This document shows, piece by piece, positions 51,262 to 61,979 of a stretch of 64,000 bases of DNA. The DNA is from an uncultured virus (IMG/VR IMGVR_UViG_3300031525_000003). Lineage: Duplodnaviria; Heunggongvirae; Uroviricota; Caudoviricetes. The notes beneath the pieces were generated by a model, which was given only the letters and a program-made list of their open reading frames with translations, had not been told where the DNA came from and did no database searches. The first letter of the stretch is position 1; the number at the start of each line of letters is the position of its first letter. The stretch lies in IMG/VR virus record IMGVR_UViG_3300031525_000003; one strand, written 5' to 3'. The position numbers were made by a program, and so were the translations under genes.

Positions 51262-52305
51262 TTAGCGCGCTCCCGCGGCCATCTTTGCCGCCACGGACGT
51301 GCGCATCGCGCGCGCGTTCGCAACCGCCGTCGGACTGATGCAGGCGTTGGCCCCCACGACGGGCGGAGCGCCCGTGCCGCAGAGCATCCCCCCTACGCCG
51401 CCATCGCCGGACGGCTGCGTGTAGAAGTTGAGGATGGAGTCGAGGATCGCCAGCACCTGCGCCGACGTCACGTTGAAGCACGCCGTCGCGATGGTCCCGG
51501 GATCGTTGACTCCCTGCAAGATCTGCTCGAATACGCACTGGGCGATCTGCTCGCCAGCGACCGTCGTCGTCGTCCCGCCGCTGCCGCTGAACCAGCTGCA
51601 GCCTTGGAGCCCGACCGCGACCAGCGGCTCCGGCGTCGACGTCTGCGTGTCCAGCTCGCTGCCCGCCCCGGACACAGCCGTGATCTCGACTGCTGGCGAC
51701 ACGTCGATCGTCTTGCTTGCGCGCACGATCCCCGGACCCAGCACCAGCGTCATCACACCCAGGAGGGCCAGAAGGCCCACGATGCTGCCTCGCACGTGGC
51801 CCTGCTGCGACACCGCGGTCTCCGCCGGCTTGGCCACCACCGACGCGGCACGCAGTGCGCGAAGCTTCGCCGGCACGAGCACGTGTGCATGCACCGCGAG
51901 CCCGGGAGCCGCTCCGGATACGAGGTCCAGAACGCCGGCCATCGTGGCGTAGAAGACGGTGGTCCCGTTGATCGCCAGCGACTGCTGCGAGGTCAGGTAG
52001 GCGACTGCGCCACCCAGGAAGGTGGCAGCGATCGTGAAGTCGGGCAGCCACGACTTGGGCGTGACCCACTGACCCAGGAACTTCCCCGTCTGGATCATCT
52101 GCGTCAGGATGCCCAGCGCCACGCTGCACACGGCCACCACCGCGCTCGCCAGAGACAGCGTCGGTAGCGTCACCGGCGGAACGGGCACGGGCAAAGGAGC
52201 CGGCGCCTGCGCCAGGGCGTGCGTCGCCACCATGCTGAGCAGGAGGAAGGCGGTGGTCGAGAAGACGACCATGCGCAACACAGGCCACATTCGGATGTGT
52301 TTCAT
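51262..52305 (-). CDS. Multi-pass membrane protein with Cys-containing C-terminal domain
   Basis: Signal peptide, about 4 TM segments, LVAVGLQGC. Confidence 0.7.
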   Translation of the reverse strand: MKHIRMWPVLRMVVFSTTAFLLLSMVATHALAQAPAPLPVPVPPVTLPTLSLASAVVAVCSVALGILTQMIQTGKFLGQWVTPKSWLPDFTIAATFLGGAVAYLTSQQSLAINGTTVFYATMAGVLDLVSGAAPGLAVHAHVLVPAKLRALRAASVVAKPAETAVSQQGHVRGSIVGLLALLGVMTLVLGPGIVRASKTIDVSPAVEITAVSGAGSELDTQTSTPEPLVAVGLQGCSWFSGSGGTTTTVAGEQIAQCVFEQILQGVNDPGTIATACFNVTSAQVLAILDSILNFYTQPSGDGGVGGMLCGTGAPPVVGANACISPTAVANARAMRTSVAAKMAAGAR

Positions 52306-52386
52306 ACCATACGTGTATCAGAGCATCCGAATTGTGCGCAAGTTTGACGCGCAAATGCTGTAGACTGACACCTCCAGGACAGACGC

Positions 52387-53037
52387 ATGCCAGTCAACCG
52401 GATGCTGGACTACGACGACTACGCGCCTGCGCGCGGCCACGCCGAAGACACCTCCGCGCACGAGGCCTACCGCGACTACGTCGAGGACTGCGAGGCCGAC
52501 GATCGAGCGCCCATCTCCTTCGAGGACTTCCTGGAGGGAAAGCGCCGAGGCGGCACGCGCCATCACGGCAACTGGCGCCCCAGCGAAAAGGCCATAGTGG
52601 CGTTCAAGACGGTCGCCGGCCGGACGACCGCGTTCCTCCTCTCCGACGCCGGCAGGAGCTGGCTCCGGCTCTCGCACGATTTCGCCAGGAAGCTCCTGTC
52701 GTCGGGCGAAGCCCAGCAGGTGCCGTACGTCCCGAAGCCCGCCGCGCTGCAAGGCGCCCGAGTAAGCGCCAACGCGACCGCGTCCAGGAACCCGTCCAGC
52801 GACGCTCGCATCGCGGACGTCTATGGCGAGGCGTACGAGATCTCCAGGGCCCTCAACAAGTACCGCATCGGCAACACCGCGACCGCATGGAACGACACCA
52901 TGAGGCACTTCCGCGCGAAGGGGATCCCGGAGGGTGACATCGTGCGCGCGCTCAGGAAAGCGCGTCTGGCCCTGGCCATTCGGGAGGGCTTCAAGAAGGG
53001 CCTGATCGAGCGCTACAGGGCCGAAGCGAGAGACTGA
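52387..53037 (+). CDS. Modular protein with acidic N-terminus
   Basis: Modules separated by RHHGN and SRNP. Confidence 0.6.
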   Translation: MPVNRMLDYDDYAPARGHAEDTSAHEAYRDYVEDCEADDRAPISFEDFLEGKRRGGTRHHGNWRPSEKAIVAFKTVAGRTTAFLLSDAGRSWLRLSHDFARKLLSSGEAQQVPYVPKPAALQGARVSANATASRNPSSDARIADVYGEAYEISRALNKYRIGNTATAWNDTMRHFRAKGIPEGDIVRALRKARLALAIREGFKKGLIERYRAEARD

Positions 53038-53283
53038 CAGGCACGTCTCTCCATCCCGAACCAGGAGAGGTTCTGGCGGGCGTTTCTTCCAAGACTCAGC
53101 GAAGGGCGTCAGGTCATCGTGGCCAGCCATAGGCCGTTCGCCCTGCTGGCACCACGCATCGTCGACATGCTCGAACCGGACTACAGCGACCGCTGTCGCG
53201 AGGTCTTGGCAGGGATCGCCATCAGGCGCCATCAGGTCGTAAGTGCCCGGATGCCGCGCAGTTTGCCGCCGCACCGATGGTGC

Positions 53284-53312
53284 TTGCGCGTGTGTTAGAC
53301 CGGCTGTATAAC
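53284..53312 (+). promoter_or_regulatory. Promoter with operator GTTAGAC-N5-GTATAAC
   Basis: TTGCGC-17-TATAAC; operator 53294-53312; ATG 53319. Confidence 0.72.
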
Positions 53313-53318
53313 ATTCGC

Positions 53319-53945
53319 ATGGGCATGATCGGCGTTCGCGGCATCACCGAGCGGTTCAACTCCGTCTACGGCAGGGGGCTCAGCGACGGCAGAGGCGTCT
53401 CGGAGCCGGTCGACGCCGTCGCGCCGTTCATGCGCACCAAGGACGACTGGCTACGGCTGGCGCTCGCCTGCATCGATCAGGGCATGAAGAGCGGAGACCG
53501 GAAGCTCGAACAAGCCATGGCGCTCGTGATCGACGTCGTGGAAACGGAGGACGAGTAGGTCATGTTCATCTGCGAGGACTGCCTGAAGCACAACTACACG
53601 AACGAGCCGCGCAAGGTCGCCTCCGGCATCTGCGAGCGCTGCGGCGGTGGCAACAGCCCGCTGTCCAACATCGCCCCACTCGACCTTCGGCACCGTGACC
53701 TCGACGCAGAGCTGCGGGGACTGGGGTGGGCAACGAAGCGCGCCGAGGCCGCTGAGGCACGGGTCGCTGTGCTGGAGGCCGCGGTGGAGGAGTTGGACGC
53801 GATCGCCGTCGCGCTCGTCGGCGCTCACCGGTGCTCTGGTTGCAAGCACTGCGACCGTTACTACAACCGCTCCGACGCCGCCGCTCCCCGTCGTGTCGCC
53901 GCGGACGCACGGTTTCGGGCAGAGCAAGAAGGGTCCTCACGATGA
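53319..53945 (+). other. Two small genes (53319-53558; 53562-53945 Zn ribbon/coiled coil)
   Basis: Follow promoter; CEDC, CERC. Confidence 0.55.
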
Positions 53946-55612
53946 ACCTCCACGTCCAGGTCAAACACCTCAAGTCCTTCAAGGACCCGGTGCTCACCAA
54001 AGTCATCAGCTACCACAGCGACGAGAACTTCGTCGACGTCAGCGCCGACAAGTTCAGCAAGCCGCAGCTCGACAAGCTCTTCGCGGAGGCCAAGAAGGTC
54101 AACGAGAAGTGGGCCCGTGGCCTCGTGCAGCGCATCACGGCGTACCGAAACATCCATGCCGCGCCAACCGGCAAGAACATCAGGACGTTGGAGATCCTTG
54201 CGGAAGCTCTCAAGGCGTACGTCGCGGACTCTCCCAACAAGTGGGTCTTCCGCGATGAGGACGACGGCTACGCCGTGCCGTACTACGTCACCTCCATCAA
54301 GTACATGAAGGCGACGCAGCATCGGCAGGCCAACGTCGAGATGACGGTCGTCGCCATGAATCGCGGTACGGAGGACAAGAAAGACATCCGCTTCTTCCGT
54401 AACGACGTCGGCAAGACCGTCATCGAGATCCTTCAGGCCAAGAAGCACTACCTGGAAACCACAGCGGCCGTGCAGACGTACCTGGGGCACATCGAGCTGT
54501 ACAAGAAGTACAGCACGCTCACGGGCGTACAGTTCTCCGCGACCGGCACAGGCTACGGCCAGGGCGATAGCTACAGCAGCTTCTACACACAGACCGCCAT
54601 GGAGCGGGATGGCGTGCCCGCATCTGTCGTGATGGACGACATCGACGACAGCGAAGGCACGGGCTACGGCGAAGACGACGCTACGTGCAGCAACGTCTTC
54701 TGGGCCGGCAAGGACGAGGACGACGACGAGGACGACGTCAATCCAGAAGGCCACGACGACGACCACGTCGACTCAACGATCATCGTCAAGCCCGTTCGCC
54801 CGTACGTCCGCGTCTTCGATCTCCGTGCTCACGGGTACGTGCTCGTTCACGTGAACAACCTGACACCCTACGTCTACGACAAGGACGCCGCCGGCAAGCT
54901 CGTCCTCGACCAGGACATGAAAGATCTCGTCACCATCCTGGTCCAGGGCTCCAACGAAATCCTGGAGGACATCGTCCGCGGCAAGACAGGCGGCACCATC
55001 GTCATCGCGACCGGCCCTCCCGGTACGGGCAAGACCCTGACCGCGGAGGTCTTCGCCGAAGAGATCGAGCGCCCGCTCTACGTCGTACAGTGCTCGCAGC
55101 TGGGCACCGACGAGGAGAAGGTCGAGAAAGAGCTGGCCAAGGTGCTGGCGCGCGCGTCCCGCTGGAAGGCCATCCTCCTCATCGACGAGGCCGACGTCTA
55201 CGTTCATACGCGCGGCTCCGACCTCCAGCAGAACGCCATCGTCGGCGTCTTCCTCCGCGTCCTGGAGCACTACCGCGGCATCCTCTTTCTTACGTCCAAC
55301 CGCGACACCGTCATCGACGATGCCATCATGTCCCGAGCCACGGCGTGGCTCCGGTACAAGATGCCGACCCCTCGGCAGCTCCTCACGCTGTGGAATGTGC
55401 TCTCGACCCAGTACAAGGTCCCGATGTCGCAGGCGACGATCGACGTTCTCACCAAGAAATTCCCGACCGTCTCCGGACGCAACGTCAAGAACATGCTCAA
55501 GCTGGCCACGATGCTCCTCCGCCAGAAGGGCCGGCAACCCAACGTCGATCTCTTCGCGTTCGTCGCGCGCTTTCTCGATCTCGGCGACGTCGACGGAAAG
55601 GTCGGACGCTGA
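53942..55612 (+). CDS. AAA+ ATPase with long N-terminal domain
   Basis: GPPGTGKTLTAE; LLIDEADVY; VFLRVLEHY.GILFLTSNR; IDDAI.SR. Confidence 0.9.
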   Translation: MNLHVQVKHLKSFKDPVLTKVISYHSDENFVDVSADKFSKPQLDKLFAEAKKVNEKWARGLVQRITAYRNIHAAPTGKNIRTLEILAEALKAYVADSPNKWVFRDEDDGYAVPYYVTSIKYMKATQHRQANVEMTVVAMNRGTEDKKDIRFFRNDVGKTVIEILQAKKHYLETTAAVQTYLGHIELYKKYSTLTGVQFSATGTGYGQGDSYSSFYTQTAMERDGVPASVVMDDIDDSEGTGYGEDDATCSNVFWAGKDEDDDEDDVNPEGHDDDHVDSTIIVKPVRPYVRVFDLRAHGYVLVHVNNLTPYVYDKDAAGKLVLDQDMKDLVTILVQGSNEILEDIVRGKTGGTIVIATGPPGTGKTLTAEVFAEEIERPLYVVQCSQLGTDEEKVEKELAKVLARASRWKAILLIDEADVYVHTRGSDLQQNAIVGVFLRVLEHYRGILFLTSNRDTVIDDAIMSRATAWLRYKMPTPRQLLTLWNVLSTQYKVPMSQATIDVLTKKFPTVSGRNVKNMLKLATMLLRQKGRQPNVDLFAFVARFLDLGDVDGKVGR

Positions 55613-57372
55613 TGCACACGGAAACGCGCGTCGAGAACATCGTGAAGTACATCTCGGACGTCGATCCGGCGCTCTTCTCGGAGCACCAGCAGGACGCGGA
55701 CATCATCACGTGGGGGGACGCTCATCCGGTCGTATGGAAGATCGTCACCGGCCACAAGAGCGCTCCGTTTGGGAAGAACTCCTACTCCTACATCGGATGG
55801 GGACGAGGCGACTCGGTCGCATCCGCCCTCCATCGAGCCGGCGTCTTCAAGACCATGCTCGAACAGCCCGACACCCTCTTCGGGTGGAGCGCCCAGTTCA
55901 CGATGGACCACTACGGCGACAAGGGTTTCCGCGGCGGCTTCTTCCGGCAGTTCGACGGAACGTACAGCCGAGGTTGCACGTCGCTCGACTACACGCCAGA
56001 CACGCTCGACGATGTCGTCACGCGGTTTCTCGCGTGGTGCGACCTCACCTGCAAGTTTCCGACGCGCGAAGTACGCCTCGATGACAAGTGCATCCGGAGC
56101 TATCCATGACGGCGAAGACCGACGAACAGAGCGCGGCCGACCTCGCCGTGGAGGTGCTGCGCATCTCCAAGGCTCAGACGCAGTCCACCGCCGAGCGCGC
56201 CGCATTTCACATGGCCGGTCCGACGCTCGCTCAAGCTCTCCTCTTGGCGCAGGAGAAGATCGCGTGGCTGAAGCCGCACGTGGACGGCCTGGCCAAAGTC
56301 GCCGATGGACACCGCGAAGGCGAGGCTCGCGCCATCACGGAGATGAAGAATCTGCGCCAACAGCTCGCCCGTGCCTCTGCGCTGGTCAAGCAGGAGTACG
56401 AGCGCGGCTGGAAGGAATGCCGCGACGGCGTCCTGATGACACAGAGCACGTACCACGTGAGCACGCCCTCGTGGATGGCCATCATGGTGGTACTCGAAGA
56501 CCTCGCCAAGCTGGAGAAGCTCCCTCACGATCCGCCGCCGGACGTGACCGCGCCGCCACTGGAGGCCCCCGCGTGGTCCAACTGTCCCAAGTGCAACACC
56601 GGAAAGCTTGTCCCGTCCACGATTGCGTACGCAGGACGAACGAGAGATCCGAACGTCCTGGTCTGCAATAACCATGGGTGCGCGAACGAGATCCATGCAA
56701 GTGGAGGCTCGCCCGCGGCGCCCGACGTGGGCACGCCGTGAGCTGCCACGTCTGCGGATCGCCTCTGGGGTGCGCTGTCGACTGCTCGAACGCTCCATGG
56801 AACCACGACAAGAACAGAACGACGCCCATGGCCCACCTGATGCGCCTGGCGCGCTGGTGGATTGGCAACACGCGCGACGGGTCCAAGCGGTTCGGAGGGA
56901 TGACGTCCCTTCGTTGCACCAGGCTTCAGTGGATCCAGCTCCCGACCAAGAACTGGTACCCTTCGTGACTGTCCTCGGACGACGCCTCCTCCTCGTAGGC
57001 ATCGGTTGCGGCCTCTGCGGCAGCGTGGGCTTCATCGCGGGCCGGCTCCACACCCAGCCACACCACGCAGATTCGCTATCTTCGTCGACGGCGACGCCCG
57101 CCACCGCAACAGGCCTCGCTCCGCGCAGCTGGGTCACGGTCGCCGTCGCAGCGGCAGCTCCAACGATCCGCGGGCTCGACGGCGACTGGGTCTACCCATG
57201 CGCCGATCCAGCGAACGTCTGCGAGCATCTCGCAAGCATCGGCTGCGTCTACGGTCTGCTCCCCGCTTGCCGTGGCGAGACCGCGCAGCGTGGCGAAGAC
57301 GTGTGCCTGAAGCTCTACGACGCGAAGACCGACCGCGAAGTGAAAGCGCTCGGCAGCAAGTGCAGCCCCTGA
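55612..57372 (+). other. Hypothetical genes 55612-56109, 56106-56741, 56738-56968, 56965-57372 (last one membrane-anchored, Cys-rich)
   Basis: Overlapping start/stop codons. Confidence 0.55.
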
Positions 57373-57377
57373 GCAAC

Positions 57378-59627
57378 ATGGCCGACAACAAGACCCGCGA
57401 TCTCCTTCCGGTCGTCGAGCCGCGCGCGGAGCCGGTCGACCAGGAGGAAGATCCAGCCGCCCCCAAGGTCGGGCGCTGGTACTGGGTGAAGTCCGAGGAG
57501 GACGGGAAAGAGGACCGGTGGCTTGGCTGTGTCATCCACGTCGGCTCGAACTACATCGAGCTGGAGGCAGTCGGCGGTGGAAGCACTCGCGTCCACGGTG
57601 ACGTCTTCTGGCAGGAGTGCACGTTCATCCCGGAGCCGGACCGCATCCTCCAACACGAGATCGACACGCATCAGCGCCAGGTCTACGCCCTCATGGACGA
57701 GGTCAAGCAGATCACCGCCCGCCTTGGCGTCGCCCAGAGCTTGGAGTTGCCTTCCGCCACCTCCGAGGTCCGCGCGCTCGCCGTCCGAAGCGGGCAGCCG
57801 ATGAAGGAGTACAAGACCGCGCTGGTGCGCGCGCAGAAGAAAACTCTGCCGGACCTCTTCAAGCAGATCGCGAGCGAGAACGAGGCCCTCAGCCACTGGA
57901 TGTCCGCGAAGCTCATCCCGCTCAAGGCCCAGGCGGCCGCGCTGGAGCCGGCCATCGAAGCCATCGAGCAGCGCATCTTCAACGTCCAGCTCTACGCGGG
58001 CCTCAGCGAAGATGTCGTCCAGATCGCCGACGGGAAGCCGGCCGCGAGAGAGGAAAAGCTCAGCCTCTTTCAACGACGGGCGTACATGGACGAGGAATGC
58101 CTCGCCGCCTACGAGACCGGCGGGATGGAGTTCAAGAACCTGGGGGCTTTCGATCGATGGCTCGCCAAGCCAGCAAACTTGAACCGCATCCTTCCGTTCC
58201 CTCGGTGCCTCATCGCCTTCGAGGTCCGACGCAACGAGAAGTTCCGCGAGATCTTCGACGTCGCTTCGCTGTTCAAGATGATGAACGACCGCAAGCTCGA
58301 TGAGCTGACGTTCCTCTACATCCGCAACGGCGAGCAGCTCTTCCGCCTGTCGACGGCGATCGAGTTCGACGAGAAGCTCTTCCCGGACATCGACCATCAC
58401 CTCTTCGATGGCCGGCAGACGCTCTACGCACACTACTTCACCAGCATCGACGGGCTCATCTCCGAGAACGAGTACAAGGGGATGGTCGAGGACGAGCGAC
58501 GGAAGGAGCGTGAGATCGAGGACACGAAGCGCGCAGAGGCGAAGCTCCCGAAGAAGGACCGTACGCACTTCAGTAGTTACGTGGATCGCAAGTCGGAGCG
58601 CTACATCCCGTTCAACAAGGAGACCGTCCACTACGACGACATCGCCCGCTTCATCCAGGAGCAACTCTCCAAGCACAACCGCCTGGTCCTCGTGCTCCAA
58701 GGGCTCCTCGACCGCTCACCCGTTCTCCACCCCCATCCCCCCTGGTCGCTCTGGGACAAGGACTTCGACAAGGCCCTCAACCTCGTCTACGACGACTCTC
58801 GGGCGCTCGGGCCGGGCGACAAGCCCGACTTCGAAGCCTATCGCAGCCGGTGCAACGCCAGCCTGCATGCCGGCAGCCTCACCGTAGGCCAGGAAGCCGT
58901 CTGGCTGGAGACGGAAGGAGACAAGGAATCGGCCAGGCGCCGTCGCTCAGGCTCGGGGCGCGACTACTACCCCGAGCGCTATCGCCCCGAAGGCAACCCG
59001 GGGCCCGGCGTCGTCGGGCGCGTGATGCGCATGGGGCGCGGGACCTGCCACTACGAGTGGATCCGGAAGCACTCCGTCTGGCGACGACACAACGAGGTGA
59101 CACGTGAGCGTGCCAGCCGGCTCAAGGTCCCCATCTCCAAGCTCCTCCACGTCGACGCGTACAAGCCGGGCGACTTTCACATATTCTTCGACGATCCGCG
59201 CACGCGCGCCGATTACCTGCAGTGGGCTCCGCTCCTCTTGGAGGCCGAGGAGTACCACGCGGGCAACCGCAAGGTCCCGCCGGCCAAGCCCCTGCCTCCG
59301 CCCACGCCGCGCGTCCCCGGTGGCAGCGAGGTCTACCGAAGGCGCAAGGCGCTACGGGCCCTCCTCTACAAGGCCGTGCGCCTGACGCGGGACATCACCA
59401 CGACGGACGAGAGCACCTACAAGAAGGGCAGCCTCTGGCGCGTCATCGAAGCGCGCGGCGACTCGTTCACCATCGCCGGGATCGCTGCGGACGGACGCCG
59501 CCAGGCACCGACCACCCACGCGGACGGTTCCCCGGACCACCGCTGGATCTGCGAGGTCGCGTCGCGCTCGTTCACCGTGGACGACACGATCCCCGCTGAG
59601 CCGAAGGACGAGGAGGAGGACGACTGA
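57378..59627 (+). CDS. Large hypothetical protein (SH3-like ends, coiled-coil core)
   Basis: About 749 aa, strong codon bias; FQRRAYMDEE, ILPFPRC, FLYIRNGEQL. Confidence 0.75.
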   Translation: MADNKTRDLLPVVEPRAEPVDQEEDPAAPKVGRWYWVKSEEDGKEDRWLGCVIHVGSNYIELEAVGGGSTRVHGDVFWQECTFIPEPDRILQHEIDTHQRQVYALMDEVKQITARLGVAQSLELPSATSEVRALAVRSGQPMKEYKTALVRAQKKTLPDLFKQIASENEALSHWMSAKLIPLKAQAAALEPAIEAIEQRIFNVQLYAGLSEDVVQIADGKPAAREEKLSLFQRRAYMDEECLAAYETGGMEFKNLGAFDRWLAKPANLNRILPFPRCLIAFEVRRNEKFREIFDVASLFKMMNDRKLDELTFLYIRNGEQLFRLSTAIEFDEKLFPDIDHHLFDGRQTLYAHYFTSIDGLISENEYKGMVEDERRKEREIEDTKRAEAKLPKKDRTHFSSYVDRKSERYIPFNKETVHYDDIARFIQEQLSKHNRLVLVLQGLLDRSPVLHPHPPWSLWDKDFDKALNLVYDDSRALGPGDKPDFEAYRSRCNASLHAGSLTVGQEAVWLETEGDKESARRRRSGSGRDYYPERYRPEGNPGPGVVGRVMRMGRGTCHYEWIRKHSVWRRHNEVTRERASRLKVPISKLLHVDAYKPGDFHIFFDDPRTRADYLQWAPLLLEAEEYHAGNRKVPPAKPLPPPTPRVPGGSEVYRRRKALRALLYKAVRLTRDITTTDESTYKKGSLWRVIEARGDSFTIAGIAADGRRQAPTTHADGSPDHRWICEVASRSFTVDDTIPAEPKDEEEDD

Positions 59628-59840
59628 TGCACAAGCTGGAGAACCCCAACGAGACCTTGGACGACGTGCTCAGCCTCTGCGCGAAAGTCTGGCACGACCA
59701 CGAGGTGACCGGCCGCGTTCACATGGCCGTCCTCGTCGAGCTGCGCGACCGCATCACCGACATCCGGCGTCACGTGGCCGAGGGCGGTGGTTACAAGTCC
59801 GTCCCGCGCCTCATCCGGCAGAACCATAACGGTTGACACC

Positions 59841-60467
59841 ATGAAGGACTACCCGTCCATTCCCAGCGCGCGCGGCCAGCAGTTCCGCGAGATCCAGAAC
59901 GCGCTCGTCTTCGACAAAAAGGACGGCTCGTCCATGCGCAGCGAATGGAACCGCAAGCGCGGCTGGTACAAGCACGGGCGACGCACGGGCCTCCTCGACG
60001 ACAGCAACGCCAGCCTGGCCCAAGTGCCCATCCTCTTCGACCAACGGCTGGCCGAGCCGCTGGCGCGCATAGCGCACGACGCCCACTGGCAGTCGCTGGT
60101 CGTCTTCTACGAGTTCTGGGGCATGGAGAGCGTGGCCGGACTCCACGTCGACGACGACCCGAAGTTCCTGACCGTGTTCGACTGCGCTCCGGAGAACGAC
60201 ATGCTGGGGCCCGTCGAGTTTCGTAAGGCCTTCGAGGACAAGGTCCCCACGGCGGACTGCCTGGGCACCATGCACTGGACCCGTGGGCTCGTCGACCAGG
60301 TACGTCGTGGCGAACTGGCCGGAGTCACGTTGGAAGGCGTCGTCGGCAAGGCTCTCGACCGCCGCAGCGGGGAGATCGTCCGCGCCAAGGCCAAGACCCA
60401 GGCCTGGGTCGACCGCGTCCTCCAGGTGCACGGCGTCGAGCGGGGCACTCGACTGATCGACAGCTAG
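59841..60467 (+). CDS. RNA ligase-like ATP-dependent nucleotidyltransferase
   Basis: YP.I; KKDGS (motif I KxDG); FYEFWG; VFD; EGVV; KAKT. Confidence 0.7.
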   Translation: MKDYPSIPSARGQQFREIQNALVFDKKDGSSMRSEWNRKRGWYKHGRRTGLLDDSNASLAQVPILFDQRLAEPLARIAHDAHWQSLVVFYEFWGMESVAGLHVDDDPKFLTVFDCAPENDMLGPVEFRKAFEDKVPTADCLGTMHWTRGLVDQVRRGELAGVTLEGVVGKALDRRSGEIVRAKAKTQAWVDRVLQVHGVERGTRLIDS

Positions 60468-60510
60468 CCCACTGCCCCGTTTTGGCGGTGCAAGCGGACC
60501 CCGTGGTATC

Positions 60511-60867
60511 ATGAAGGCCATGCGAATCCGATTCGAGAAGAAGGTCAGCCCCCACGGCGACGTAGCTCACGTGGCCTTCATCACGAAGAATCGGATCGAC
60601 GTCCGTGGTCGGCCGTTCAAGGCGAACGAGGCCGTGCGCGCCATGCTGGAGCGTGGCCAGAAGTACTATCGGATCGACTTCGCTGGGAACGTCGCCGGTG
60701 CCTGGCTTCCGTTTGAGGCGATCGACAGCGTCCACTACCCCACGCTCACCGCCGCCAAGGCCGCCATCCAGACGTACGTCGACGCGCCGCCGTCCGGGGA
60801 CATGCGAAAGCGCTCCAGCCGGCGCGCCAAGAAGCGCTCGTCCCGTCGGGGTACTCGCAAGCGATGA
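60511..60867 (+). CDS. Hypothetical protein with Arg/Ser-rich tail
   Basis: SGDMRKRSSRRAKKRSSRRGTRKR. Confidence 0.6.
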   Translation: MKAMRIRFEKKVSPHGDVAHVAFITKNRIDVRGRPFKANEAVRAMLERGQKYYRIDFAGNVAGAWLPFEAIDSVHYPTLTAAKAAIQTYVDAPPSGDMRKRSSRRAKKRSSRRGTRKR

Positions 60868-61084
60868 GCCTCGCGCTGGTGACCATCGACGCCCGGAAGC
60901 CGACCGCCGAAGGTCGCTTCGTCTTCGGGCTGGTCACAGAGCCACCCGACTCACTCAACAGCCGGTGAAGCACGGCGTCCGCCCCCGTGACGATTTCCAG
61001 CGCGCTCTGGATGTCCTCGTCGGACAGCGCCAGATCCTCGGGCACATCGACGGGCATCATCCAGCCGATTCTACCACGGCCGCT

Positions 61085-61972
61085 CTACCCGGGCTTGAAG
61101 TTGGCGGTGATGACGGTCGACGGGCCGTCGACCACGACCATCGCGAGCGTGATCGCCGGATCCAGCCACAGCTTCTGCTTGGCGCGCATTCGCCCCAGCG
61201 CCTCTTCGTTGAGCGGATGACCGGACTCCCGCGTGTCGCGCTCGTAGCCCGTATCCTCCACCACGATCCGATCGTGCACCAGCTTCCGCGCCTCCTCCTC
61301 GGTCGGCGCGCGCACCAGAAATTCCACGTACTCGTCGTAGATGCGCGCGCCTCGGTCGCGACGCGACAGAAGCCAGATCACGCTGCGCCTCCCGTCGAAT
61401 GGACACTGCCGAACGTCGCGTCCCAGCCCTCCCTGTACGCCGGACTCGCGACCTGCGCCGGCCCGTGCAGCGCGCCCACGTCGAACGGCTCGTAGGTTCC
61501 ATCCTCCTGGCGCGACCACACGCTCTTGCCGCGCAGGTCTTCGCCCTCACGCACGGGCGAGTAAGGGACGAGACACTGGTGGTCACCGTCCTCGTGAAGC
61601 ACGTGCGTCGACGACGCGACCGTGATCTTCCCCTGCTTCTGGCGCCCGTCTTCGGTCACCGGCACACCGCCTGCCACAGCCTCACGAGATCGATGCGACG
61701 CGGGTTCCACCGGAGGGCCAGCACCTCACCGGCCACCCAGTACGGGATGGCCACCAGCCCTAGCAGCAGGATCTCAGCCGTGACCGCCGCGCGACTCGCT
61801 ATCACGACTCCTCGCCGTGGCGATGACACTCCGCTCGTCCGACCGGCGACGACCGAAGGTGCGTGCAGCGGCTCCACAGCCGCGCCCACGTCGTCCGCAG
61901 CCACGCCCACGCCATCCCGATCGAGGACACCGCCGTCACGACCATCGCGGTCTCGTCAGCGCACCAATGCAT
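61085..61972 (-). other. Small hypothetical genes transcribed from the 61980-62008 promoter
   Basis: ORFs 61802-61972, 61378-about 61660, 61085-about 61381; starts approximate. Confidence 0.45.
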
Positions 61973-61979
61973 GACTCTT

